Positions 17,775 through 30,397 are shown, counted from the stretch's first letter. The stretch is DNA of 64,000 nucleotides from an uncultured Lachnospiraceae bacterium (GCA_910580015.1 CAJTVT010000011.1:674-64673); one strand, 5' to 3'. Numbers and translations: made by a program. The notes: generated from the sequence alone by a model not told the origin.

Positions 17775-18572
17775 TTATGATAACGTCTCATGGGCCTGTG
17801 TCACAATTTCGGACACATCTGTCTTCTCCACTCTGCTTTCTGCACCTTTCTGGAGATGAATCAGATATTCCATATTTCCTTCCGGTCCCTTTATTGGGGA
17901 AAATTCAAGATTTCGAATACCAAAGCCCTGTTGTCGTGCAAAACTTACTACCTCACAGATAACCTCTTCATGAACTTTGGGATCTCGGACAACTCCTTTT
18001 TTGCCTACTTTTTCTCTTCCTGCTTCAAACTGAGGCTTAATCAGACACACGCTCTCTCCATTGGGAGACAAAAGTTCCCATGCAGTGGGAAGAACTTTGG
18101 AAAGTGAGATAAATGACACATCTACAGACGCAAAATCTAGCACATCTGCAATATCATCTTGTGTCACATAACGAATATTCGTTTTTTCCATACAGACTAC
18201 CCTGGGATCTTGTCGCAGCTTCCATGCAAACTGTCCATAGCCCACGTCCACTGCATACACTTTCACTGCACCGTTTTGAAGCATACAATCTGTAAATCCC
18301 CCAGTAGACGCACCAATATCCATACAAATTTTTCCTTCCAGATCGATTCCGAAATTACAAACTGCTTTCTCCAATTTCAGCCCACCCCTACTCACATATT
18401 TCAGAGTAGCGCCTCGGACTTCAATTTCGACTTGATCATCAAAAAAGGTTCCAGCCTTATCCTCCCTCTGTCCAGTCACAAATACATTTCCTTCCATGAT
18501 CATGACCTTCGCCTTTTCCCGTGAGGGCGCCAAACCGCGCTGCACCAGCAGCACATCCAAACGTTCCTTCAT
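17775..18572 (-). CDS. tlyA: TlyA-family rRNA 2'-O-methyltransferase
   Basis: S4 domain, YVSRGGLKL, DIGASTGGFTD, IKPQFE. Confidence 0.95.
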   Translation of the reverse strand: MKERLDVLLVQRGLAPSREKAKVMIMEGNVFVTGQREDKAGTFFDDQVEIEVRGATLKYVSRGGLKLEKAVCNFGIDLEGKICMDIGASTGGFTDCMLQNGAVKVYAVDVGYGQFAWKLRQDPRVVCMEKTNIRYVTQDDIADVLDFASVDVSFISLSKVLPTAWELLSPNGESVCLIKPQFEAGREKVGKKGVVRDPKVHEEVICEVVSFARQQGFGIRNLEFSPIKGPEGNMEYLIHLQKGAESRVEKTDVSEIVTQAHETLS

Positions 18573-18584
18573 TCCCTAACCTTT

Positions 18585-20456
18585 CTATTTACGCACATAA
18601 CCTGTCACAATTCGCTTGATCAAAGATTCCACATCCAGGCCATGCTCTTTTTTCAAAATTTCTACATTTCCCTGCTCCACATATTTATCGTCCAAGGCAA
18701 TATTCATCAATTCTGGCATATGTTCCCGCTTCTTTTCCGCAAAATAATGGGCAACATGCTCGCCAAATCCGCCGCTAGCTACATTTTCTTCCATGGTTAC
18801 CAACATATCATGATGTTCTGCAAGCTGATCTAGCAGCGCAGCATCGAAGGGCTTTACAAACCGGACATTGATCAAGGAACAAAAATATCCCATAGATTTC
18901 AGCAATTTTCGTACCTCTTCCGCAGTCTTTACCATACTGCCCACAGCCAACAATGCAATCTCATGTTCTTGGTAGATGATTTCACTCTTACCAAATATAA
19001 TTTTCTCCCGAAACTCTTTTAATCCTTCATATGCCTCTCCTCTGGGATAACGAATGGCAATAGGATGATCAAAATCTGCCGCAAACTTCATCATATCTGA
19101 AAGCTCCCATTTATTTTTTGGGGCAAGAATCGTCATATTGGGAATGGAAGATAAATAAGATAAATCAAATATCCCCTGATGGGTCTCTCCATCACTTCCC
19201 ACCACTCCTGCGCGGTCAATGGCAAAAATCACTGGCAAATCTTGAATGCATACATCGTGTAGGATCTGATCGTATGCCCGCTGCAAAAATGAAGAATACA
19301 CAGCCACCACGGGTCTTAATCCTGCTGCTGCCAAACCTGCTGCAAAGGTCACTGCATGCCCCTCTGCGATCCCCACATCAAAAAACCGTTCTGGGAACAT
19401 GTTATGGAACCGCTTCAACCCTGTGCCATCCTGCATTGCCGCTGTAATGGCCACCACTCTTTGATCTCGCTCTCCAAGCTTTCGCATAACAGTAGAAAAA
19501 ATATCTGTGTAATTAGCTTTGATTCTCCGCTTTAATGGAAGGCCCGTATCAATCTGAAAAGGTTCTGCTCCATGAAATCTTGCAGGATGACGTTCCGCTG
19601 GGGCATATCCCTTCCCTTTCTTGGTAATAACATGGACCAGAACTGCACCATTGACCTTGGAGGCATCCCGAAATACTCGACGCATTTCTGCAATATTATG
19701 GCCATCCACTGGTCCCAAATATGTGATCCCCATATTTTCAAAGATCATTCCTGGGATAAAAAGCTGTTTGATACCGCTCTTTGTACGCCGAATGCGAGAC
19801 ACCATTCGTTCTCCATAGAATGGAATTCTATTCAGGGAATTTTCCACCCCGACCTTTAAATCTTGATAGACATTGGCTGTGCGCAGATTTCCCAGATGGC
19901 TTGATAAGCCGCCGACATTTTCAGAGATAGACATGTTATTATCATTCAAAACAATAATAAAATTCGTATTTAATCTAGAGGCATTATTTAGTGCTTCATA
20001 TGCCATCCCCCCAGTCATAGCGCCGTCGCCAATCACAGAAATCACTTTATAATGTTCACCAGTAATTTCCCTTGCCTCCGCATACCCCAATCCCGCTGAG
20101 ATGGAGGTGGAACTATGACCCGTATCAAAACAGTCACAGGAGCTTTCCTTGCGCTTTGGAAATCCACTCATTCCGCTGTACTCTCTCAGATGCTCAAATC
20201 CTTCCCTTCTGCCTGTCAACAGCTTATGCGTATAAGACTGATGTCCCACATCCCAGATAATTTTATCCTGGGGAAGCAGAAATGACAAATGCATTGCCAT
20301 GGTAAGCTCCACCACACCCAAATTGGATGCCAGATGCCCTCCATTTTCTGATATTTTCTGAATCAAAAATTCCCGAATTTCTTTTGCCAGTACAGGAAAT
20401 TCCGATTCATCCAGTTTTTTGATATCATTGGGCGCTTTTATCTTATCCAATACCAT
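18585..20456 (-). CDS. dxs: 1-deoxy-D-xylulose-5-phosphate synthase
   Basis: GGHLASNLG, WDVGHQ, GHSSTS, GDG..N ThDP motif, DRAG. Confidence 0.98.
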   Translation of the reverse strand: MVLDKIKAPNDIKKLDESEFPVLAKEIREFLIQKISENGGHLASNLGVVELTMAMHLSFLLPQDKIIWDVGHQSYTHKLLTGRREGFEHLREYSGMSGFPKRKESSCDCFDTGHSSTSISAGLGYAEAREITGEHYKVISVIGDGAMTGGMAYEALNNASRLNTNFIIVLNDNNMSISENVGGLSSHLGNLRTANVYQDLKVGVENSLNRIPFYGERMVSRIRRTKSGIKQLFIPGMIFENMGITYLGPVDGHNIAEMRRVFRDASKVNGAVLVHVITKKGKGYAPAERHPARFHGAEPFQIDTGLPLKRRIKANYTDIFSTVMRKLGERDQRVVAITAAMQDGTGLKRFHNMFPERFFDVGIAEGHAVTFAAGLAAAGLRPVVAVYSSFLQRAYDQILHDVCIQDLPVIFAIDRAGVVGSDGETHQGIFDLSYLSSIPNMTILAPKNKWELSDMMKFAADFDHPIAIRYPRGEAYEGLKEFREKIIFGKSEIIYQEHEIALLAVGSMVKTAEEVRKLLKSMGYFCSLINVRFVKPFDAALLDQLAEHHDMLVTMEENVASGGFGEHVAHYFAEKKREHMPELMNIALDDKYVEQGNVEILKKEHGLDVESLIKRIVTGYVRK

Positions 20457-20478
20457 AGATAATACCCTCTTTCTTTGG

Positions 20479-21375
20479 TTATTTTTTCCTATGTATCAGC
20501 TCCAGCATCAGGTTTGTGAGAAACTCATTTTTCACCACCAACGCGTCCATCCGTTCTACACTCAGACGGGACAAACGCTCTACCTCCTGCTTCGCCTCTT
20601 CTACGCCAAACAGCGTAACCCAAGTGGTCTTATGATTTTTCTCATCGCTGCCCACCGGTTTTCCAAGCTCTTCTGTAGTACTGGTCACATCCAGAAGGTC
20701 ATCCTGAATCTGAAATGCCAAGCCAAGTTCCCCGGCTGCCTGCTCCACCTGTTTTTGTTCGCTTCCTGTTGCCCCAGCAAGTATTGCCCCAATCATCATA
20801 GATGCTTCCAGCAACGCCCCTGTCTTTAACTGGTAAATAAACCGCAACAATTCCTCTGACACAGTTTTTCCCTCTGCTTGCACATCCACACATTGTCCGC
20901 CCAGCATTCCATAAATCCCTGATTTTTGGGCAAGTACGGACAATGCCTTTCCGATCTGATTGTTTGCAGGTTCCAGCTCAAATGCCTTTGCTGCTGTCTC
21001 AAAAGCATACCCCAACAACCCATCCCCGGCAAGAATACCCATGGCTTCACCAAATTGGGCATGTGTGGTCTTTTTTCCCCTCCGATACTCGTCATTATCC
21101 ATTGCTGGGAGATCGTCATGTACCAAAGAGTAGGTATGGATCATCTCCATAGCTGCCATAAAGGGCTCGATGACTTCTGATCTACCTCCAAACATCCGAT
21201 AAGTCTCCAGCATAAGCATCGGGCGCAAACGTTTTCCACCTGCTTGTACACTGTAATTCATGGCTTCCACAACGGTTCTCTGATGACCTTCTGCTTTGGG
21301 GAGATATTTTTCAATCACTGCTTCCACCTGCTTTGTACGTGCAGCTAATTCTTCACAAAATTCTTTATTCATCAA
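20479..21375 (-). CDS. ispA: Farnesyl/geranyl diphosphate synthase
   Basis: GGKRLRP, HDDLPAMDND, FQIQDD. Confidence 0.95.
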   Translation of the reverse strand: MMNKEFCEELAARTKQVEAVIEKYLPKAEGHQRTVVEAMNYSVQAGGKRLRPMLMLETYRMFGGRSEVIEPFMAAMEMIHTYSLVHDDLPAMDNDEYRRGKKTTHAQFGEAMGILAGDGLLGYAFETAAKAFELEPANNQIGKALSVLAQKSGIYGMLGGQCVDVQAEGKTVSEELLRFIYQLKTGALLEASMMIGAILAGATGSEQKQVEQAAGELGLAFQIQDDLLDVTSTTEELGKPVGSDEKNHKTTWVTLFGVEEAKQEVERLSRLSVERMDALVVKNEFLTNLMLELIHRKK

Positions 21376-21586
21376 ATGCCTCCAGTTCTCCCTGCTTATT
21401 CAGCAGCAGCATTTTCTTTTCCACATGATCTATTTTCTCATTACATAATTTTAACTTTTGAATCCCCTGTTCATAGAGGGAAAAAGAATCCTCCAACGTT
21501 ACTGCCCTGTCCTGCATTTTTTCTATGATCGTTTCCAGTTCCTGAAAAGTCTCCTCCAAAGAAGGCTCCTTTTTTGTCTTAGCCAT
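21365..21586 (-). CDS. xseB: Exodeoxyribonuclease VII small subunit
   Basis: LEE..LE.I...LE.S..LYE.G pattern; lies between xseA and ispA. Confidence 0.93.
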   Translation of the reverse strand: MAKTKKEPSLEETFQELETIIEKMQDRAVTLEDSFSLYEQGIQKLKLCNEKIDHVEKKMLLLNKQGELEAFDE

Positions 21587-21590
21587 AATT

Positions 21591-22835
21591 CTACTCCTTC
21601 TGCGTATCTGCATCCTGCAAACGGATCGCTCTTTCCAAATACTCTATCTTTTGCACCTGTGCCTTTACCTTTCCATTGAGCATATGAATCTGCAAAAGCT
21701 CTCCCAGATGCAACTCATCTACCTCTCGGACATTTTTTCCTGCCTCGTCTGTCACAAATGAATATCCTGTGCTCAATTTCTTCACGGGGGAGAATGCTTC
21801 CAAACGTCCTGCACACAATTCCATTTCATGTTTTTTTTCTGTAAGATTCTGCACCATCCGCATGAAAAGCTTCTCCTGAAGATCAGCCAGAGTTTGTCTC
21901 TTCTCATTCAACTGATTTTCCGGGCTCAGCAGTCTAAGCCGATTCCCATATTGCTGCACTCTCTCTTGGCTACGTTCTAGTTTTTCACTGATTCTACGAT
22001 TTAACTCTAGATGTGTAGAAAGCAATATCGCTTCCAGCTCCCGTATATCATAAACTGCAAGTTCCGCCGCCGCTGATGGCGTGGGTGCTCGAAGATCCGC
22101 TACATAATCTGCAATGGTAATATCTGTCTCATGTCCCACGGCTGAAATCACAGGCACGGAACACTCAAAAATAGCTCGTGCCACAAGTTCTTCATTAAAT
22201 GCCCATAAATCTTCTACAGAACCTCCGCCTCTCCCCACAATCATAACATCCACACCGAGCTGTTCCAGGGCATGGATTCCATTGACAATACTTGACGCCG
22301 CACCTTCCCCCTGTACCAATGCAGGATAAAGGATCGTCTGCACATAGGGATTTCTCCGACGGCTGATATTTTGGATATCCCGGATAGCTGCTCCAGTGGG
22401 CGCAGTTACAATTCCCAAAGTTTTTATATATCTGGGAATTGGCTGTTTATATTCCTGGGCAAACATACCCATCTCTTCCAATTCCCGCTTTAGCGCCTCA
22501 AATCGCTGATATAAAAGCCCCTCTCCATCTGGCAAAATCTCTTTCGCATAGAGCTGGTATTTTCCATCTCTTTCATACACTGAAATGGAGCCAAGCACAA
22601 TCACATGATCTCCATTTTTCATGGAAAATCCCAAACCTTTTCGATTTCCGGCAAAAAGCACTGCTGGAATTGCTCCTGTTTCGTCTTTCAAAGTAAAATA
22701 AATGTGTCCAGAGGTATGGTATTTACAATTTGACACCTCCCCCTTCACATAAATCCGATTCATCATAAAATCCTGGACAAACATATTTTTAATGTAGGCG
22801 TTCACTTGACCTACTGTATATACATTTTTTGTCAT
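21591..22835 (-). CDS. xseA: Exodeoxyribonuclease VII large subunit
   Basis: GEVSN..SGHIYFTLKD, RGGGSVEDLWAFN, AVGHETD, APTPSAAAE. Confidence 0.97.
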   Translation of the reverse strand: MTKNVYTVGQVNAYIKNMFVQDFMMNRIYVKGEVSNCKYHTSGHIYFTLKDETGAIPAVLFAGNRKGLGFSMKNGDHVIVLGSISVYERDGKYQLYAKEILPDGEGLLYQRFEALKRELEEMGMFAQEYKQPIPRYIKTLGIVTAPTGAAIRDIQNISRRRNPYVQTILYPALVQGEGAASSIVNGIHALEQLGVDVMIVGRGGGSVEDLWAFNEELVARAIFECSVPVISAVGHETDITIADYVADLRAPTPSAAAELAVYDIRELEAILLSTHLELNRRISEKLERSQERVQQYGNRLRLLSPENQLNEKRQTLADLQEKLFMRMVQNLTEKKHEMELCAGRLEAFSPVKKLSTGYSFVTDEAGKNVREVDELHLGELLQIHMLNGKVKAQVQKIEYLERAIRLQDADTQKE

Positions 22836-23227
22836 GCCAGCTTTGCAAGAATTCCATTCACAAAAGACGGCGAATCATCTGTGCCATAATTTTTCGCAAG
22901 TTCCACTGCCTCATTGATTGCCACTCCTGTGGGAACATCCTCCTCAAATTTTATTTCATAGACTGCCAAACGGATCAAGGTCAGATCCACCTTCCCCATT
23001 CGACTCGTCTTCCACCCCTGAGCTACACCATTTACCATATCATCGATTTCCACCAGATGGCTTAAAATCTCTTTAAACTTATTTTGTATATAAATGGTAT
23101 CTTTATTCTCTTCCTGCCCTAATTCCTTTAAAAATAACTGACTCTGTTCTGCCAGTTCTTCCTCCTCATAAAATTCTGCGCGAAACAACAACGTAAATAT
23201 CTTTTCTCTGATCTCCCTGCGGCTCAT
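22832..23227 (-). CDS. nusB: Transcription antitermination factor NusB
   Basis: VAINEAVELAK, FVNGIL. Confidence 0.96.
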   Translation of the reverse strand: MSRREIREKIFTLLFRAEFYEEEELAEQSQLFLKELGQEENKDTIYIQNKFKEILSHLVEIDDMVNGVAQGWKTSRMGKVDLTLIRLAVYEIKFEEDVPTGVAINEAVELAKNYGTDDSPSFVNGILAKLA

Positions 23228-23290
23228 TCTACTTCCTCTCTTAACTTTTCAGTCTGCAAAAATTTGTATTATTTTTCTTTCTTTGAACAG

Positions 23291-23554
23291 AGAATCCTGC
23301 TTTGCATAATTCTCCGCCTGCGGCGGGTCGCTTTCGCAACATATTTCCGTTCTGCCGCAGTGCGATAATTGTTTTTTATTATTAGGAAATACGAAGGAAT
23401 TTCCTATAAGATGAAAAAGAATCCTGCTTTGCAGGATTCCCCGCCTGCGGCGGATCGCTTTCGCGATATATTTCCTCTCCGCCGCAGTGCGATCCCGCCC
23501 GGAGGGCTTTTTGTGATATAGGAAATCCGGAGGAATCTCCTATATCATGAAAAA
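23291..23554. repeat. Tandem pair of ~130-bp palindromic (REP-like) units
   Basis: Units start at 23291 and 23418 with AGAATCCTGCTTTGCA(GG/TA)ATTC-CCGCCTGCGGCGG and end with TAGGAAAT..GGAAT.TCCTATA..ATGAAAAAG. Confidence 0.85.
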
Positions 23555-23576
23555 GGGTGTCTGAACAGACACCCTT
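23553..23576. terminator. Stem-loop downstream of the Asp23 gene
   Basis: AAGGGTGTCTG-AA-CAGACACCCTT, with a U-tract on the minus strand. Confidence 0.65.
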
Positions 23577-23613
23577 AACCATCACTGTTCTCGTCTTTAC
23601 TTGTAAATGTTCA

Positions 23614-23991
23614 CTATTTACGCTTCTCCAAATCTACACCTGCAATACGTATATTAATATTGCCCACTTCCAACCCTGTCATATTCTCAATGGCAGACTT
23701 CACTCTCTCTTGTACCTTCAATGATACATCTGGGATTCCATATCCAAAACGAATATTCAATGCAACATCCACTTTCACCACATTGTCCAGCACATCTACC
23801 TTAATTCCCTTGGAGAGATTTTTCATGCCCAACTTACTCACCAGTTCATTGGTAATATTGCCAGCCATGGAACTTACTCCTTCCACTTCTGTCGCTGCAA
23901 GTCCCGCGATTATGGCAACCACCTCATCTGCAATTCGCACCTCTCCTAGATTATCATCTTTTATCATATATGCTTTCCTGTCTTCCGCCAT
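23614..23991 (-). CDS. Asp23/Gls24-family protein (YqhY-like)
   Basis: IADEVVAIIAG..., VQE.VK.AIENMTGL; upstream of nusB. Confidence 0.92.
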   Translation of the reverse strand: MAEDRKAYMIKDDNLGEVRIADEVVAIIAGLAATEVEGVSSMAGNITNELVSKLGMKNLSKGIKVDVLDNVVKVDVALNIRFGYGIPDVSLKVQERVKSAIENMTGLEVGNINIRIAGVDLEKRK

Positions 23992-24149
23992 GTTCACGCC
24001 TCCTAAATTTATTCATTCTGTTATTATACCAGAATATCCACTTTTTGCAAAGGTATTCCATTTGTTTTTTCGATTCTGTTATCGTTCATTGTAAAATTCT
24101 ATATACAGCCAATCAGAAACAAAAACTTATAATATTAAATTTAAATATA

Positions 24150-24194
24150 AAAAATTAGGATCGCTGAGAATTCCTTCTCGCTATCCTAATTTTT
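24150..24194. terminator. Stem-loop with A/T tails
   Basis: AAAAATTAGGAT...ATCCTAATTTTT. Confidence 0.6.
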
Positions 24195-24282
24195 TACAAA
24201 ACATAAATCATGCTTCTCTATATTTTTTACTGCACCGTTTAACCACCAAACTACATAAAATTAAATCAAAACATACAAAATC

Positions 24283-24376
24283 AAATACCCCGCTGCAAGC
24301 AACGGGGTATTTAACCCTCGCGGCAGTCGCCAAATGTCTGCTGGCAGCCACTTGGCTCGTTGCTCGCGGGAATAAA
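24283..24376 (+). repeat. Structured two-hairpin dispersed element (MITE-like), copy A
   Basis: AAATACCCCG...CGGGGTATTT hairpin, then CGCGGCA.TCGCCAAATG...TTGG...TTGCTCGCGG; homologous to 42980..43097. Confidence 0.65.
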
Positions 24377-24401
24377 AGCTTCTCCCAATCCTTTATACAG
24401 T

Positions 24402-25334
24402 CTATTTCTGCATTTTAGGCGGAATCGACGTGTACTCATAAGGTGTTGCCTGATATACATAATAATTTAGCCAATTCGTGTATAGTGTATTGGCGTGGGC
24501 CCGCCACTGTAAATTGGGACGGATGGTAAAGTCATCATCTACATAATAATTTTCAGGCATTTTGATATCTAGACCCTTTTCTTTGTCCCGCATATATTCT
24601 GTGTGCAGAGTAATCCTATCATACTCAGGATGCCCCATTACAAAGATCTTTTTCCCAGTGGCATCCATCAAAAGAAATACCCCTGCCTCCTTTGATTCCG
24701 CAAGAATCGTAAGCTCCAAAACCTTCTCAATATCCTCTTTGCGCACTTCTGTATGCCTGGAATGAGGTGCAAGAAAATAATCGTCAAACCCCCGCACCAG
24801 AGGTACTTTCCGGTTGCTGACCTTATGTTCAAACAAACCAAACATTTTCTCATTCAGTATGTATTTTGGTATTCCATAATGATGATAAAGTCCCGCCTGG
24901 GCACCCCAGCACAGGTGCATCGTGGAAGTGACATTGGTCTTTGTCCACTCACAAATATCCTGAAACTCTTTCCAATAATCCACCTGCTCATACTCCATCT
25001 GCTCCACTGGAGCCCCCGTGATAATAAAACCGTCAAATTTCCGCTCTCTGATTTCCGAAAAGGTATTATAAAATTTATTCAAATGGCTGCTGGAAGTGTT
25101 TCGGGATTCATGGCTGCTCACCACCACAAACGTCACATCCACCTGTAATGGAGTATTCGACAATTCCCGTAGAATCTGAAGCTCTGTCTCCTCTTTCAAC
25201 GGCATTAAATTCAGGATCCCCACCTCAATCGGGCGGATATCCTGATGCACCGCCCGGTTTTCATCCATAGTAAAAACATTTTCCCGTTCCAGCGTTTCTC
25301 TTGCTGGCAATCCGCTCTGAACCTTGATTGGCAT
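24402..25334 (-). CDS. metA: Homoserine O-acyltransferase (MetA family, likely acetyltransferase)
   Basis: LNLMP, ITGAPVE, CWGAQ, GHPEYD. Confidence 0.95.
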   Translation of the reverse strand: MPIKVQSGLPARETLERENVFTMDENRAVHQDIRPIEVGILNLMPLKEETELQILRELSNTPLQVDVTFVVVSSHESRNTSSSHLNKFYNTFSEIRERKFDGFIITGAPVEQMEYEQVDYWKEFQDICEWTKTNVTSTMHLCWGAQAGLYHHYGIPKYILNEKMFGLFEHKVSNRKVPLVRGFDDYFLAPHSRHTEVRKEDIEKVLELTILAESKEAGVFLLMDATGKKIFVMGHPEYDRITLHTEYMRDKEKGLDIKMPENYYVDDDFTIRPNLQWRAHANTLYTNWLNYYVYQATPYEYTSIPPKMQK

Positions 25335-25354
25335 ATCGTTTCCCTCTTTCTGTA

Positions 25355-27394
<2,040 letters not shown>

Positions 27395-27420
27395 TCATTT
27401 CCAATCATAATCCAAGCAAA

Positions 27421-28167
27421 TCATAGTCCCATTTCAGGAATCACTGTCTCATTGGAAGAATCCTTAATCAGCTCTTCCAGCTCTCTCCATTCCTGTTCAG
27501 TCACTTTCCGATAACTGCCCTCTTTCAAATTTCCCAATCGGATATTCATAATACGCACCCGTTTTAAATCTACCACCTGATATCGAAATACCTCACACAT
27601 TCTACGTATCTGCCGATTCATTCCCTGGGTCAGTACAATCCGAAAGGTTCGCCTCCCTACCTTTTCCACCTGGCAGGGCCTTGTGACCACATCCAGTTCT
27701 TCCAAGTAGACGCCACCTGCCATTCCCCGGATAAAATTCGCTGTAATGTCCTGATTCACCTTCACAAGATATTCCTTCTCATGAAGATTTCCGCTGCGCA
27801 TAATTTTATTTACTAAATCCCCCTGATTGGTCATCAAAAGAAGTCCTCGAGAATTTTTATCCAGTCGTCCAATGGGATAAATCCGTTTTGGATAATTCAC
27901 ATAATCCACAATATTATCTTTCTCTTTCTTCTCCGCTGTGCACACAATTCCAGGTGGTTTGTTGATCACAAGGAGCACAGCCTCTTCCTCTCTGGACACC
28001 TTTTGTTCCTCAAACATCACAACGTCACCAGGAGATACTTGATCACCTGCCTGTGCTGGCCATCCGTTGATGGTTACCTTACCAGCATTAATCTGGCGAT
28101 CTGCTTCTCTCCTAGAACAGATTCCCGCCTCACTGAGATATTTGTTAATCCTTACTGATTCTGGCAT
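27421..28167 (-). CDS. rRNA pseudouridine synthase (RsuA/RluF family)
   Basis: S4 domain SRREAD, GRLD catalytic motif, NRQIRRM. Confidence 0.92.
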   Translation of the reverse strand: MPESVRINKYLSEAGICSRREADRQINAGKVTINGWPAQAGDQVSPGDVVMFEEQKVSREEEAVLLVINKPPGIVCTAEKKEKDNIVDYVNYPKRIYPIGRLDKNSRGLLLMTNQGDLVNKIMRSGNLHEKEYLVKVNQDITANFIRGMAGGVYLEELDVVTRPCQVEKVGRRTFRIVLTQGMNRQIRRMCEVFRYQVVDLKRVRIMNIRLGNLKEGSYRKVTEQEWRELEELIKDSSNETVIPEMGL

Positions 28168-28231
28168 TCCTTTCCCCCACAATCTATTTTCTTTTTTCTT
28201 TCGAATTTGCTGTTATTTCTAAACAACTATT

Positions 28232-28663
28232 TTACAAAAAACGCTTCAATCGCTCTATATTCTCCTCCTCGAAGTCCATCAACTCCTCAGCAAGCTCATT
28301 GGCAAAACTTCCCATTTTTTTATTGTTATGTTTGACTTTGATCAGATCCGCAATGCCACGCGTATTTCCCTGAATCATCATATCTGCAACATGGTTGGTA
28401 CTGATATTCAGCATGGTATTTGCCTGAACTGCTCCCCAGAGCATAGCCTTCTGGAGACTGGAATCTTTCGAAATCAATCCATGTTCCCAAAGTCCTGCCT
28501 CCGCTTTGCGCTCAAAATCTCGGAAACGATTCCTCTCTGATGTCAACTCATAAGCAAACTCCTGATTGTAAACCTTGCCCATCAATGCATCGATCGCTTT
28601 GACTGCCATAGATGCATTCTTTCTGGTCTCCTTCAATACATTAATTTCTTCATAATTACGCAT
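28232..28663 (-). CDS. Hypothetical helical (ferritin-like?) protein
   Basis: 143-aa ORF with AGGAGG RBS; A.MMIQG..G and EE.NIE.LK.FL motifs. Confidence 0.7.
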   Translation of the reverse strand: MRNYEEINVLKETRKNASMAVKAIDALMGKVYNQEFAYELTSERNRFRDFERKAEAGLWEHGLISKDSSLQKAMLWGAVQANTMLNISTNHVADMMIQGNTRGIADLIKVKHNNKKMGSFANELAEELMDFEEENIERLKRFL

Positions 28664-28830
28664 AGTTTCCTCCTAATGGTTTTACCATTAGGTTGAAACA
28701 TTTTTCTTTTTTTATTCCTTCTTTTCCACCCTGGAAATGAATCTCATTCTGCGTATTTCCTCAAAAAGGAGAACTGCCCTCCGCAGGCAATTCTCCCTTC
28801 TGTTTTTTATCTTATACTTCCGTAGTTTTA

Positions 28831-30012
28831 TTAATTACTCAGCAACAAATCTGTTCTAATATACCCGGTGGTTCCATTCCATTCCACTTTGGTCCACCCT
28901 TCGGCATAACTCATAATAACTTTAATCGTATCTCCAACTGCTGTAGTTCCAACGAGCTCCGCAGACTCATTCATAGACACACGAACATTATAACCATCAT
29001 TTGCTGTCATCACTGTTCCGTCAGGAACATAATTAAGACCACTAGAATTGCCCTCCCCGGAATTATCTCCTGTATTATCTGTTGTATTATCTTCTGACTC
29101 ATTACTCTGAGAATTATCTTCTGGCTCCTGTTGTGGCTCCTCTTCCTTCGGTTCCTCTTTGGGCTCCTGCTTTGGCTCTTCTTCCTTTGGAGATTCCTCC
29201 TCTTTGGTATCTTCTTCTGGCGCTGTATAAGACTCTTTCCACTTACTGATCGCCTCAGCTACTTCATTTACTTTTTTCTCTAATTTTTCATTTCCATCTA
29301 TAATCTTATCATACCTATCTTGCACTTCTATCTGGAACTTCTGAACTTCATCACTGTTTTCAAACTTTTCGATCAGCTCAAGAATCTTCTTCTTTGTCTT
29401 CTGCTCTTCCAGTTCCCGATTAAAAGAACTGTAACGATTGTTAATAAAAAGTGCCCCATCATCCTTCGTCTGGACATAAAAAATATTCATTCCAGGCAAA
29501 GCCTCATCCACACCTGCAAACTTCATATCATACACTACAGAGACAATGTAATCACCTTCATCTCTGCCTTCACCAACAATACAGGAAACATTGCTATATG
29601 CTTCCACATGTTCATTCAGCATGGAAATATAGTCCTTTTCCATCTTGGAAAGATATTTTGTGAGAGAGGAAAGCTTAGCCACATCACCTGCTGCATAGGA
29701 ATTGTAATAAGTAGATAACAGTTCCAATATCTCTGGATTTGACTCCTCCTCCTGCTCTTCCTCTGGTTCCTGAGACGTATCTATCTCATCTGTCGGCTCC
29801 TGATTCCCTTGCTGATCCCCTTCCTCCTGGGTATCTGGCTTTGGAGAAATATTATCTTCCCCACTCTCATTATTCACTGCAAGAACTGCAAGTCCAATCA
29901 CAATTGCAGCAGTAATCACCCCTGCGGAAACATATTTAATATTCTTTTTACAAAAATCAATTACTTTATCTATGCTAAATCCTGAATCGGATCTTCTATT
30001 CATATCACTCAT
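28831..30012 (-). CDS. Membrane-anchored protein with C-terminal bacterial SH3 domain
   Basis: N-terminal TM, acidic linkers, NVR...GWTKVEWNG.TGYI SH3b motif. Confidence 0.85.
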   Translation of the reverse strand: MSDMNRRSDSGFSIDKVIDFCKKNIKYVSAGVITAAIVIGLAVLAVNNESGEDNISPKPDTQEEGDQQGNQEPTDEIDTSQEPEEEQEEESNPEILELLSTYYNSYAAGDVAKLSSLTKYLSKMEKDYISMLNEHVEAYSNVSCIVGEGRDEGDYIVSVVYDMKFAGVDEALPGMNIFYVQTKDDGALFINNRYSSFNRELEEQKTKKKILELIEKFENSDEVQKFQIEVQDRYDKIIDGNEKLEKKVNEVAEAISKWKESYTAPEEDTKEEESPKEEEPKQEPKEEPKEEEPQQEPEDNSQSNESEDNTTDNTGDNSGEGNSSGLNYVPDGTVMTANDGYNVRVSMNESAELVGTTAVGDTIKVIMSYAEGWTKVEWNGTTGYIRTDLLLSN

Positions 30013-30244
30013 ATATTCTCCTTATCTATCTGCACAATCAAAAACTGTAATCCTAATTTGTAATATCTGTACATGTGGTCAGACCACATCAACTCTAGAA
30101 ATTCCTCAGCTATAAGGAATTTCTGTACTTTGCAACGCTAAGCGCAGCCAAAAACAACTAGTTACTTCCCTATGCAGCACAATTCTGCCGGAAGCCTTTA
30201 TTCTGTTATTCTAATGGAATTTTGTATAGCATATAGAATAATTA

Positions 30245-30397
30245 AGAATCCTGCTATTTCCTGCTATTGAGGATTCTCCGCCCGCGGCGGGCTGCATTCG
30301 CGGCACAATTCCTCTTCGACGCAGCCAACGTTCATGAACCATTGGCTATAAAGGATAAGAAAACATCTCGCTCTGCGAGATCTCCCACCTGTGGTGA
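30245..30397. repeat. Diverged copies of the REP-like double-hairpin unit
   Basis: AGAATCCT...AGGATTCT-CCGCCCGCGGCGG at 30245 and ATCTCGC-TCT-GCGAGAT-CT-CCCACCTGTGGTG at 30365. Confidence 0.6.

Noticed and set aside
23291..23554. Possible CRISPR array
   Set aside because: Only two ~130-bp units, no short repeat with unique spacers, and no cas genes.
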